Positions 24,191 through 36,362 of a stretch of DNA of 45,578 nucleotides are shown here, piece after piece (position 1 is the stretch's first letter; each line of letters starts with the position of its first letter). Below the pieces are notes generated by a model. It was not told where the DNA came from. It did no database searches and saw nothing but the letters and a program-made list of their open reading frames with translations. This DNA comes from Octopus bimaculoides (taxonomy: Eukaryota). A program made the translations under genes and the position numbers. Location of the stretch: contig NC_068997.1 of the NCBI RefSeq assembly GCF_001194135.2, positions 6,131,763-6,177,340 on the forward strand, given 5' to 3'.

Positions 24191-25314
24191 TAATGTATAA
24201 AATTAGGTATTTAAAAATCTCCTCGAAAGCCATGGTTATTTTGAATGCTCTTTGAACAACAGGTAGTCTACTCTTTAGAAATATAATCACAAAAGAGCTA
24301 ATTAAAGTTCAGAAAATACCTCAGCCCTGATTGTTAACCTACTACAAAGTTCAAGTGTGTCCCACATGAGTACTGCTAACATATCTAAGACAATATTGCT
24401 GCTGTATTAACCAAAATTCCTTGATCATATATAAAAAAAAATATTCACTGAAACCAATGGCTCATAAACGTGCTGTATATTCTCTCTTTCTCTCCTCTAC
24501 CTTTACTACGATGATCTCTACTTCTCCATACTAGTAACTACATACTCCTTTTCATTCGAAATGACATGCATTTTGCTCTCTAATAATCTTCTAGATCTTG
24601 CAGTAAACAGTTTGTGCAGGTTTTGCCTCTCACTCAAGAACTGAAGCTTATTCCCCGTCCTTATTTCTCTTACTGAACATCACCTTCCTCAATTATATTT
24701 GGTGAAAAGTCAGAAAGACTGAACTCCTCCACTTCCTCCTCCTGTAGCTTATTTAGAAACAAAAGTGACAGGGAAAGAACCAAAAGAATAAAGAAAATTA
24801 TGTTTAGTCATGTGTCTAGAACAATAGATAAAACAAACTTGTTCACTGTCATATATAGGTACAAGATCAATGTTGTTCTGCCCCAGAACACTGCCTACCT
24901 AACTGTCAGTAATAAGTAGTAGATCGATGTAATTCGATCTTTGACAACAGTCCACCAATCAGAAAACTCAACAGTCATAATAGATAACAGATTAGTGTGG
25001 TACAATCTCAAGCCAAAGTCTACCAACCAATCCACCTCAGTAACAGGTATCAGGTACCACACGTGAACTTCTATTTCCACTGAAGCTCTGAATATGAACT
25101 CCACACTTCAACGGTCAATGATGACTATGGCTATGGCATCCGCACTATCAGATCACTTTTTGACAGGGTCAGTATTTGTGAGGGATGTGGTGAACTCAAT
25201 GGTCACAGGTGGCTCAACCCACTCTGGGTGAATGTACCATAGGTACAAGATCAATGTGATTCCTCCTCAGACCATAGTTTACTAGTCATATAACTCAGCT
25301 GTCAGTAATCAGTA

Positions 25315-25520
25315 CGAGAATTAGCAGAACACTGCAAAAACTATCTTCAAACATTTGTTTTGACTCTTTATGTTCTGAGTTCAAATCCTGCTGAGACCAA
25401 CTTTGTCTTTTCATCCTTTCAGGGACTAATAAAATAAAGAACCAGTCAAATACTGGGATCAGTGGTATTGACTACTCTCTTCCCCTAAAATTACTGGCCT
25501 TGTATATATATGTTAGAAAG
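25315..25520 (+). mobile_element. SINE family A
   Basis: gttctgagttcaaatcc...aactttgtcttttcatcctttcag...aaattactggccttgt. Confidence 0.7.
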
Positions 25521-25609
25521 AATTTTGCTATAGTTAGCAGAAAATTCACTGCAGCAAAGGAGTTGTACAATGTCAGACAGAATGGTTTGCAATAGTAAGC
25601 TCCATTATG

Positions 25610-25820
25610 GAGGTGAGCTGGCAGGATCATTAGCATGTTGGGCAAAATGCTTAGCAGCATTTCATCCATCTTTGTGTTCTCAGTACAAATTCTGCCAAGG
25701 TTGACTTTGCCTTTTATCCTTTCAGGGTTGATAAAGTAAGTATCAGTTGAGAACTAGGGTTGATGTAATCAACTTACTTCTCTAAAGTTGCTGGCCTTGT
25801 GCTAAAATTTGAAACCAATA
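25610..25820 (+). mobile_element. SINE family A
   Basis: gaggtgagctggcaggatc...gttgactttgcc...aaatttgaaacc. Confidence 0.75.
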
Positions 25821-27349
25821 TTAAGTCCCATTGTATTTACGTGAAAGTTACTCCAGACAGAACAAGTTGGTCTAGAATATCTATTTTGGTCTTGAAATGG
25901 GCTAAATCCAACATGCTAAAGCCTTACCCTACTCCCCACATCACCTGGAGATTTTTGACCTAAGAAACTTAAAGAATCAATACAATAGTTTGCATACATG
26001 TTGTTTGAATAGCTCTCATTCTTTAAACACACCCAACTACAGTTATTGCTACTACTATTATTTGTAATAATAGTAGTCAACTATAACTTATAGTAATAGC
26101 AGTCAAAAGGAAGTTTATTGTGTGGTCATTTACTCATACAAGACACACCTTGGTCTTAAAAAATGTAATCTAGGTACACCATTATCATTTCAGATCCGGG
26201 TTTTCTAAAGCAATGCTTTACACCTGCTGCCAACCCTTTTAGAATAGGGACATAGTGTACCTATTCTTAAACTATAAACCCTGAGCAAGGAGAGAAAACT
26301 TTATGCGAAGAGAACGCAGAGTAGAATTCTTTCAGTTTCTGTCAATTAAACTCACTAATGGTACTGGTTAGTTCAGAGTCATAGCAGAAGACATTTGCCC
26401 AAGCTGCCACATAATGAGACCGAGTCTGAAACCTTATGGTTGAGAAGTTAATTTTATACACGTACAGCCATATCTGTACCTAGTGAGGGATTTAACTCCA
26501 GATTAAATCTTATCGTGTGGACCCATAACCAGAGGTATTCCAGTTGCAACAATTGCTTGGTTTTAGGGATAACTAGGACTATATTGTTGTTTAACTCCAG
26601 GAAACGTAATTTCCAGCTGGCTATACGACATAATATCTGTGTCCTTATATTTTTAAACAGGGAGTTCAGCACTCCCATCCAGTGCAAAACAACATCTATG
26701 GACTGGTTTCTGGAGCCACATTATGTTAGCAAATAGCTTTTACTTTAAGGAACTGTTACTGAATAGCTCTCTTTGAGAGATTTAGAAATAATAATATTTC
26801 TATTTTATTAGGACTATATTATTTTGCATCAATTCCTATTAAGACAGGGAGGTGTGATGTAAGAGGCAGGTGATTGTTATTCTAGCATGAGTAGTGGCTA
26901 TGTAATGGCTCTATAAGACAATAATTACTGATAGAATAAAAAAAATAATTCTTTTATCTGTGTATATATACACACCTGTGTGTACATACACGTTTTTATA
27001 CATTAAGAGTACATACCTACTAACACACGCACACATGTGTTGTGTGTGTATGTATAATTATATATATAAGGATTCCATGAATCAATTCTGGCTGGCAAGT
27101 CTGTCAATAAATCTGGGACGTTATATAAACAGTCTGTATAACACAGGAGGAGGGGACTGTTATTCAAGTTGGTTATTTGTAACTATGGCAACTCATCTCT
27201 AATGCTATCAACAAAATTATCACTATCACTTTCTTCATCATCATCATCTTCTATCTGATTTTCCATATTTGGAAGCATCTTCTCCAGCATCTCACCATTA
27301 GTTGTGGTCTTTTGTCATCTTTGCCAGGTTTAACCTTCACCATTTCTCA

Positions 27350-27745
27350 TGTCTTTCTCTTCTATAGAATACAGTCATTGGCATCACTTGATACTTATTT
27401 ACCCAACTCATAACCTTCACAAGCATCATATGCCTGCTCATTCTTTTTCCTCACATACTACATCTGATCCCTCTTGAGCCATTTTTTCTCTCTGAAAACA
27501 TTTGCATTCCATTATCCATGTACAATTACATATATAGTAGAGAAGGCTCATGTCATTTCATTCCCAGCCTTCACATATCTATCCCCTGCATTCAAGGCTC
27601 ATGTTTCACTTCCATGGAACACTGATAAACATCAATACAACCTGTACTTCTACAGAGAGAGAGAGAGAGAGAGAGAGAATTTTTTTGTTATCTGTAGAAG
27701 TAACAACTCCCTAAACTTGTTTCCACTGTTCTTACACTTGCTACC
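27350..27745 (-). mobile_element. Heavily decayed RTE ORF2 C-terminal fragment
   Basis: Minus strand KFRELLLLQITK and tccatggaagtgaaacatgag (HGSET-like) match the 18300-18830 copy. Confidence 0.55.
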
Positions 27746-28249
27746 ATTCTTTAAGAGGACCTTCTCCACAGCTAACTTGAATTGATTCAAGTAATGGAAG
27801 CCATCATATCAACTTCTCTGATTTCAGGCTGCTGGGTTTCACCAAAGAGATGACTAAAGGACCACAATAAGTGGTGAGATCGTAATATTTTTTTATGACT
27901 AAGAGGAAAAAGGACAGCAGTGTCTGATGATTTACTGGTTTTCAAAGACTAATGAGGAGAAGTTATATTCTTGGCCTATATGTTTCTAACAAAATGGATT
28001 CTTCTTACCACAACTGAGGGCCAGGGGGTACTGTTAAACAAGGTTAAAGATTAAGTCTATACTCAAAGACAGGCTACGCTAGAAGACATTTACCCATGTT
28101 TCATAACCAGTTATGAAACCATTTTCTCACCTAAACTGTCACGCTTATACTCATTTGCAGTGGTCAGTTAAAAATAAGGTAAGGCATGACAATCAGGTGC
28201 TACTTGACTTCAGCCCCTTTGTGGATGGGACTGGTCATAATATTGTCTC

Positions 28250-28400
28250 AGCTTCTATACACTGGAGGGCCGAATTGAATGTGATCCCAAGTAACTTAAC
28301 TGGACCATCAGTCCAGCACTCCACAATGCTGGTTAACCTGAACGTCTCTTTCCAGGAGCAAGCTGTAAGGTTAACAACTTCAATTAAATTTTGTTCCCAT
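28250..28400 (-). mobile_element. Tx1/L1-like LINE RT fragment
   Basis: Minus strand ...IVECWTDGPVKLLGITF... resembles HWTEGLVKLLGVWF at 44400. Confidence 0.5.
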
Positions 28401-28948
28401 TATGTCCTTATCTTTCTTTAGAATAGTGCTTTCACGACGTCCAACTTCCTTGAGATGTTGTCCACATATACCAATATGGATTTTTTCAATTTCCAGTTTC
28501 CAAAACAGTAATTCAAGAATTAGTAGACACAGACGACTTGAGAAAAAAACACTCTTGACAAACCAAACGTGATTACAAATGGTTATGATAGGCGACTATG
28601 TAGCGAGATTACCAAGTAGATGATATTGTATATTTAAGTTGTTCAGCTTCTGAAAATGGGAACTGGTCACACTGAAAAAAGCCAGGGTGGGCATAGCGAT
28701 GGCGGCATTATACTGTTATATACAGACAGTGTGATGAGAATTATCTCCATTCTTTCTTAAATAAAACTTATCACAAAAATTCATCCAAATTATTTGAGAC
28801 CCCTGTACCTTTTAACACACACACACATACACATTTCATGTTTCACCAATATCACTTGCCGGGGGGAAAGCATGTGGTGATCTCATCTAATTTTTTTTAA
28901 TATTGATGCAAATTTTTAATTGGGTAGTATTAGAATAAATAAGAAAAA

Positions 28949-29149
28949 GGTACTACTAAAGCAGCGTGGACCCGAACGCGCAGTCGCGCGTCTGCGCTAG
29001 CTAGTCGTGAGTGGTCGATCCTAACCCTAACCCTAAACATGTATTCATTTGCACACGCGGGTTAGGGATAGGGTTAGGATCGACCACTCAAGACTAGCTA
29101 GCGCGGACGCGCGACTGTGCGTTCGGGTCAGCGCTGCTTTAGTAGTACC
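28949..29149. mobile_element. 201-bp foldback MITE with TIRs of about 88 bp, telomere-like tracts and a 9-bp TSD
   Basis: TIRs GGTACTACTAAAGCAGCG.../...CGCTGCTTTAGTAGTACC with about 6 mismatches; TSD TAAGAAAAA at 28940-28948 and 29150-29158. Confidence 0.9.
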
Positions 29150-29186
29150 TAAGAAAAAAATTAAAATGCAGTTTAAATAATGAAAT

Positions 29187-29606
29187 GGTGGAGATGGAGT
29201 ATATGTAATCTGGGTATACCCACCCTTTTAAATTTTGTTTTTTTTACGGAATCCTATGTTTCAGACCATGGAGAATCCGATTCTGGAAAAAAAAATTCAA
29301 AATTTCGATTCCCCCCCCCCCCNNNNNNNNNNNNNNNNNNNNTGGACCCGAACGCGCAGTCGCGCGTCTGCGCTAGCTAGTCGTGAGTGGTCGATCCTAA
29401 CCCTAACCCTAACACTAGTTTTGTGAGATTTGGCTGTTATTTCTAGCATGTAAATAGCCTGCTTGGTGCGGGGGGGGGGATTGAAATTTTTCAAAAAATT
29501 TTTTTTCAGAATCGGAATCTCCATAGCCTAAAACGTGGGATTCCGTAAAAAAAAATTAATAAATAAGGGGGTGAAAGGTTCAGATTACATATAGTCCATC
29601 TCTACC
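29187..29606. mobile_element. Long-TIR foldback element with an 8-bp TSD
   Basis: Termini ggtggagatggagtatatgtaatctg / cagattacatatagtccatctctacc match at 24 of 26; arms about 140 bp; TSD AATGAAAT at 29179-29186 and 29607-29614; 20-N gap inside. Confidence 0.8.
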
Positions 29607-29635
29607 AATGAAATAAACCAAAATTAACAAATTAC

Positions 29636-29707
29636 TTGAGACCGCGAAGTCAGCAATAGGGATGAAACAAAAAACTCAACAGCTGAGCGTATAAGAGATC
29701 GATACAT
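29636..29707 (-). CDS. Candidate first coding exon (MYRSLIRSAVEFFVSSLLLTSRSQ), unproven
   Basis: ATG at 29707, Arg/Ser/Leu-rich presequence-like start, donor CAA|gtaatt, located in the CpG-rich zone. This donor is phase 0 and does not fit the phase-2 acceptor at 2601. Confidence 0.25.
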
Positions 29708-30281
29708 AAAATATTAATTATTCGCCAAACAACACTGTTGTTCAAACTTGTTTACGTGGTGTGTGTGTGTGTGTATTTATATGTAAGATGAATGTATTTG
29801 TGTCTTTTCTACCTGTTAAAGGTGGTGGCAGAAGTGGTAGCATTTAGATCCTTTTTCAGATCAATCCTGGTCGAAGAAACGTATGATCAAAAGCCCTCCA
29901 GTCGTAACCACCTTATCAAAAATCTTAATTTTTATTTTTGAGAGAGTGCACCGAGAACAAAATTATTTAAAATTATCAAACGTGCCTATCATTTTAAGGC
30001 GGCTGGGTACGATTGGAGGGAGATTTTGCTGCTTTTTCAAGCAGATTGAATGACCACGTAAACACTGATTGTCTCTTTAAGTGTGTTTGAATAATCAGTT
30101 AACATCGAGAATTATCTAAAGAATCCGGAAATCTTTATATATTCTATATTTCAGACTTGTTGGGTATTGGAAAAGTGTAAAAAAGCTTTATTCCCCACCG
30201 CACACTTTTTTCATCATCAATTACACTCTACCTATCTTAGCCTTTCACACATGTGGGTGCGAGCACACGTGTAAATGTACG

Positions 30282-30319
<38 letters not shown>

Positions 30320-30453
30320 AAGTTTCGATATTATATATATATATAAATATATAGATGCAATTCGCACACGATATATTTCGTCTAATATAAGCGAAAATCT
30401 TAATATAATGATAGATCAATACAGATAGACAGATCCACGTAAATGCATGTTCG

Positions 30454-30491
<38 letters not shown>

Positions 30492-30639
30492 AAAACCATT
30501 CTCACTAACATTAAAGCATTCGCGATTTTAGTAATAAACAGAAGGGATATAATTTAAGCAGGGAAAAAAATTAAATGAATTTTAAAAGAAAGTAGGGTAG
30601 CCCAAGGAATAGATTAATGTCCCTGATTGAACAGACTCA

Positions 30640-30790
30640 TGATTTAAAATATTCCAACTATGACCATTCCGTCTACTTTCTTCGGGCCTCTTATATCCCG
30701 GACTACATTATGCAATGAGTAGGTGGTGATTTGAGGGAGATTTGGTTGTTATTCCTAGCAATAGGTAGATTGATCAGATATCGGTTCCCT
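30640..30790. repeat. Representative copy of an unclassified dispersed repeat (gagggagatttggctgctatttctagca-like core)
   Basis: Related cores near 3040, 29420, 30015, 32760, 33220, 33510, 36520 and 43200. Confidence 0.6.
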
Positions 30791-32233
30791 TGTTCATTCG
30801 TCAGGAAATAAATTGAAGAAATAAAGCGAATGATTACAAGATAATAATAAACACTTACTGTCCTCTTAAAAACGACGTCCATGCCATGCTGTGTGTGTAT
30901 GTATGTATGTATGTGCCGGTAGCTGTATCTTTCTTATATATACATACACATGAGATGTATGTATATGTGTGTGACTCAGTATGTGTATATATAATGGAAA
31001 TTTCTCCCTCTCGTTGTACGACACATGCATACGCACATACAAGCTGTTTATTTCTTTCTCTTTCTACCTCAATTCTTTGTCTTACTGCTCCTCTCTCACT
31101 CTGTCACTCTACCCTTTCATCTCTCTCTGTGAGTCTTACTTCCTCTATCTCTGTGACAGGGGGACAGTATTTCTTATTAACTCCTCTCTTTGTCGCCTTT
31201 TTCTCTCTCTGGGTACCTACCTGTCCTTCTCTACAACACTCTCACACTCTTCGGGAAACTACCTGCCACTCACACATATTCATATTCTCTCTCTATTTTC
31301 ACAACTACCTGCTCTTCTGCACAATAGATACATATATACACACACTCTCTCCCCTCTCGCTGTAGCTATCTATCCTGTATATCACTCTATCCCTCATTTT
31401 ATAGGGAACTTCCTTATGTCCTGTGCATCATTCTGTTCCCTTATTTGGTTACCTACATATCTTGAGTCCTCTTGTTCTCTGGATCGCTTACTATCACTCG
31501 TATGAATTGTTTTTACCTTCTTTTTTCTTTATAGTCATTTTGTTTCTTTTTTCTTCTGTTTGCACCTTCTCGCTATCTATCTATCTGTCTGTCTTTGTCT
31601 ATCTTTCCAGCTGTCTGTCTGTGTAGAAGATCCAGTACCGGATCCTTTAAGTGATCGCGTAACCAGGAGGAAATCTCAGTTATAAAACAAGACACATTTG
31701 GTTTCTCTGCATGTAGGAAAAACATGGGATGGTCATGGTCGGAATGCCTCGAACAGTACTGATCTAGCCGACAACTTTGCGAACTCTTTGTACTTATTTG
31801 TCAACAGAGATAATCATGATTTATTCTTTCACATTCTCTCACTATCTTTCTTAACATTTCGTGATGGAAAAATATTAAGAGGTAACGTCAAACATGAAAC
31901 ACCGCTTTTGAAGTTCTCATAACTACTATCAACCTGTTTAGGTCTTTGCAAAAGCCTGCATTGTCGTGATTGATCTGGCACTAAACAACAGACTTTCGAT
32001 GTTATTTAACCTTAGATCAGCTCTGGTCAAGCAGATCTATGAACAAAGGCATGCCAAACACAAGTCATTCCATATTTTTAAAGATCCCTTTATTCGAGGT
32101 AAATTTGGCTTGCTTTGTAACAGTTTCAGCGACCACGCAAAAGGCCCCGTAACCTCGGGTCAGTTTTAATTGAACAATTTACGATCAAGCGTGTTCGATC
32201 CGTGACCACCCGTTCTTTTTTGTGTATCATTTT

Positions 32234-33116
32234 TTTCGGTGGAATTCTGGTTTAAGCACCTTATATACCTCATAACTTTTTTGTTTTGGAATTTTCAGGT
32301 TTTTGCGAATTTGCGTTTTGCACACGCGAATTCATACGATTGATCGTCGATTATTCTTTTACTTGTTTCAGTCACTTGACTGCAGCCATACTAAGAGCGC
32401 CGCCTTTAAGGGTTTTAGTCGAAGAAGTCGACCCCAGGACTTATTCTTCGTAAGCCTAGTACTTATTCTATCGGTCTGTTTTCCCGAACCGCTAAGTTAC
32501 GGTGACATAAACACTCTAGCGTCGGTTCTCAAGCGATGGCGGGGTGAGGGGACAAACAGACAGACACAGACACATACACACACACATATATTCAACGGGC
32601 TTCTTTCAGTTTCCTTCAATGAAATCCACTCACAAGGCTTTGGTCAGCCGGAGGCTATTGTAGAAGACTCTTGACCTAGGTGCCACCCAGAACCATGTGG
32701 TTGAGAAGCAAGCTTCTTACCACACAGCCACGCCTGCTTTTTGTGTGTGTGTAATTTAAGGGCGATTTAGCTGTTTTTAGCACATCCCACAACCACCTGA
32801 GGCTTTCCCGTTTCTTTGTCATTCTGATATATATTGATGTTTTTCCACATTTTTCTCCCCCATAAACACATTTAATTTTTCATTGTTAGGATTTAAGCAA
32901 AAAATTCGGACTGTTCGTATTTTAAACTTTCATTTAAAAAAAAAAATTTCGAAAAAGAATTTAGGAAAAGGGTGAGTAAAAATAATTTAAAAAAAATATA
33001 TAATCGTATGAATTCCCGTGTGTAGAACCAGATTCGCAAAAATTTTCTAAAAATTACAAAAAATAAAGACGTAATGAAGGGTTATACTGGGTGCTTAAAC
33101 CAGAACTCCGCTGAAA
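32234..33116. mobile_element. Older long-TIR foldback element with a nested SINE
   Basis: 32234-32342 and 33002-33116 are inverted copies that share ttctggtttaagcacc and gaattcatacgatt exactly; no TSD identified. Confidence 0.7.
32355..32735 (-). mobile_element. SINE family B, CpG-retaining copy
   Basis: Collinear with 15105-15470; keeps cccgaaccgctaagttacgg where that copy has gccaaactgctaagttacag. Confidence 0.85.
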
Positions 33117-33654
33117 TTACGACAGATCCGGACTTCCGCACCCGACCAGTATACCAACCTATGAGATGAATCATTTGATGATGAGCTAGCAAGGGTGGGA
33201 TACTATGTGGTTAATCAACATGCTAGAAATAGTGGTCATGTTTCCCTCAAATCATAATATTACAATCTCCTGAGTAAGGTATGGCTTGGGGGAAAATAAA
33301 ACAACCATTTGTCTTCTGGATACTATCTGAAAAAGAGAGGGATATACTGATTAACAGGGTAATGTAGTCTGTAATACACTCCCGTGAAAAATACAGGAGA
33401 TGATAACTGCTGAAATATCGTTGATGAGAGGACAGGGTCTGACGTGGAGTTGAACAACAACAACTACTACTAGTCAACAAAAGAGTATCTGTAGTCACTC
33501 GACTTGCAAGAAATAGCAGCCAAATCTCTCAAATTACACCTTATTGCCCCCAAAAAAGAAGGAAACTGAATAATGTAGTATGAAAATATAAAAGATAGGA
33601 TGGACACGGCTGGAACAACATTTGATTGTAGGTTTACTTGAACAGGGTTGATTT

Positions 33655-33830
33655 ACTACCACTACTACTAATACTACTACCGCCACCACCATCACTACTA
33701 CACCAGTTGCTACTACTACTACTGCCACCACTACCACCAACACCACTATTACTACAGCTAATATCACCACCATTACTACGATTGCTGCTGCTGCTACTAC
33801 TACTATTACTACCACCACCACCACCACTTC
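33655..33830. repeat. Compound (ACT/ACC/GCT)n trinucleotide tract
   Basis: Visible directly in the sequence. Confidence 0.9.
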
Positions 33831-34574
33831 CACTGGATAGGGGTGGTATGGAATGTGTAGAAAATAGATTTGGAGGTAGGTTTTAGTCCATTATATGTCA
33901 CAAGCCAGCTCTGATCTCAGGTCAAACGGTCATCATCAACTGACAAATACGAAGGCTTCTACGTGGTTATTGAACTGGCAAAAAATAACAGCCAAATATC
34001 CTTAAAACCATGAAAAAGACATTGGATAATATAGTACTGGGTTCCTGCTCTAAGTGTGGGAAAAACAGAATTTTCATGGCTGGGCAATCTTTGATAATAA
34101 GTCTGCTTGTTCAGGGCTGACCTGGGGTTAAACAATGATAGCAACTACTATCAAATGAATTAACATGGTCGCCGTTATGAGGTCATTCAACCTGACAATG
34201 CAAGACTGAACATTTTTTTTCAGATGCAACAGAAGTTACTGTGCTTAGATGGGAAGTTTAGATGTATCCTCCATATTTGCCCAACCTTGCCTCTTTGAAT
34301 TTCATTGAATGTAAAAATTCACCTTGAAGAGTTATTTTGCTAGTAAAGACAGGAAATTCTTTGAGCAGGGAATAATGTATCTGCCTACCAGATGGCAGAA
34401 AACACTGGGACATTGATTGAATAAATCACTCTGTTTTGTTTTTGCTTAGCAAAACCAAACAGATATTTTAGGTAATCCAATGTATGTGGTGTGTGTGTGT
34501 GTGTATGCATGAATGTATGTAATCTTGCAAGCCTTTGCACATAAATGTGCTGATATCTACATGCATTATGGAAC

Positions 34575-35010
34575 AACAGGAAAGCTTTTCAACATCTGTC
34601 ATTTCACTGTCGTAACAGAAACTTTCATGGCTCTCATTCGTGATCTTTAAACTAATGATTGCAATCTTGTAAGCCACTCTGAGGAAGACCTGCAGTTCCT
34701 GATGGATTGATTTTGAGCCATGTGTGATGAATTTGGACTTAGAACCAATTTTAAAAACACTGTAGTTGAACTTACAACCAGTCTTAAGAAGACTGTACAA
34801 AGTCGTGGATACATTTGTCTACCTTGGTAGCATGTTATCTAGATTTAATACATTTGATGAAGAAGTTAGTTATAGACTTTCTAAGGCCTGTGAAGCATTT
34901 AGAAAACTTGAATCAAAGCTCTGGTCACAATCAAACAGCAAAGAAGCAACAAAAGTTGTGGTCTTTCAAGCATGTCTTAACTGTGCTGGTGTATGGATGT
35001 AAGATCTAAT
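34575..35010 (+). mobile_element. RTE/BovB-like LINE RT fragment (second subfamily), pseudogenised
   Basis: GKLFN...LIRDL*TNDCNLVSHSEEDLQ...VVDTFVYLGSMLS...DEEVSYRLSKACEAFRKL...LTVLVYGC. Confidence 0.85.
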
Positions 35011-35429
35011 CAACCTACTGCAGGCCTTTCAAAGACACACTTAAAAAGATCAGTACTAATACTAACACCTGGGAAGATCTTATATCAGATAGGGAGCTGT
35101 GGCTGATTGCTAAGGGTGTTAAAGTATTCAAGAACAACAGTATGGCATACACCCAATTGAAACGTCCTGGATATATAGAGGATGTGGATCCTCTCCCCGA
35201 GAAGGACATAAAAGAGTCTCTTTTCGTGTGACCAGTGCCCTCATCTCTGTTTCTCAAGCACAGTTCAACTCAGCCATGAGTGAGGTCACAGAGACACCCC
35301 TGTCTACCAATGTGATATCCAGCATGCTCTCTCATGCATTTTGTGTACTAGAATGCTTGTACTCACTCAGCATTTTAAGCATATATATATATATATATAT
35401 ATGTCTGTATGTATGTATACATGCTAATA

Positions 35430-35625
35430 TTGGTTTCAGATTTTGGCACTGAGCCAGCAATTTTAGGGGAGGGATAAGTTAGTTATGTCCAGTATTCAGC
35501 TGGTACTCATTTTATCGACCCCAAAGGGATGAAAGGTAAAATTGACCTTAGTTGAATTTGAACTCAGAATGTGAAGATGCACAAAATGTATTTTGTCCAG
35601 TGTGCAAATGATTCTGCCACCTCAC
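35430..35625 (-). mobile_element. SINE family A
   Basis: ctggtactcattttatcgacccc...gatgaaagg...atttgaactcagaatgt...gattctgccacctcac. Confidence 0.75.
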
Positions 35626-36362
35626 TGCTTTATATATACTAATATTGAACAGTGAGAAAGAGCACTCAACACCGGCTTGGTTTTTGAGCAGGTATATGAT
35701 CAAAGATGTCTTTTACCCTATGGAGAAGTAACTCTAAACCATACAATCTAATATGTGTAGTGGACCTTGCATGCATGAAGTGGATTCGATCCACCATAGC
35801 CAAATTTAAATCAACACTGCAACAGAACTTTTCCCACGGTGGAACAATGGTTTTTCTCTGACAACAGTTTAATATTTTCCAGATGCCTTTAGCTAGGCCC
35901 GAAACAATGTCTTCACCATTTGACCCTTCCTAACCTCTCCTACATCACCAAAATCTAGAATAGAGATAACAAGACCACCAGCTAAATCTATTGTACTCAA
36001 TAATATATCTATCCTTCTGGATTGTTATAAAAGCAAGGAAATCCCAAGCAAAATTTAGTTTAGTCACCAGTCGGTGACGACCCAACCAGTCCAGTCACAC
36101 TGTGACGACTCAATGAGAACGAAGTCTGGCTGACCAGCTAGAACCTTGGCCAAAGGAAAAAAATGAAGTTTACTGCTAGCAACTGGGAGACAACGTCCCA
36201 CACTCTATAACTCTTACTAGCCCATTTCTTTTCTCAGTAATATTACCATATCTCTCTGTCTATTTACTACTATAAGATCGTGTACACACATATACAGGCC
36301 GAAATTAACTTTCTTTACCTTGCATGCTTTACGAACTGTGTTATACTATTACACTAACCTAC

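Noticed and set aside
28600-28808. Mariner-like terminus (tacagggg on the minus strand)
   Set aside because: No second TIR or transposase motif identified.
29020-29078. Interstitial telomere or chromosome-fusion scar
   Set aside because: Only about three units per side, embedded in TIRs with a TSD; explained by the MITE.
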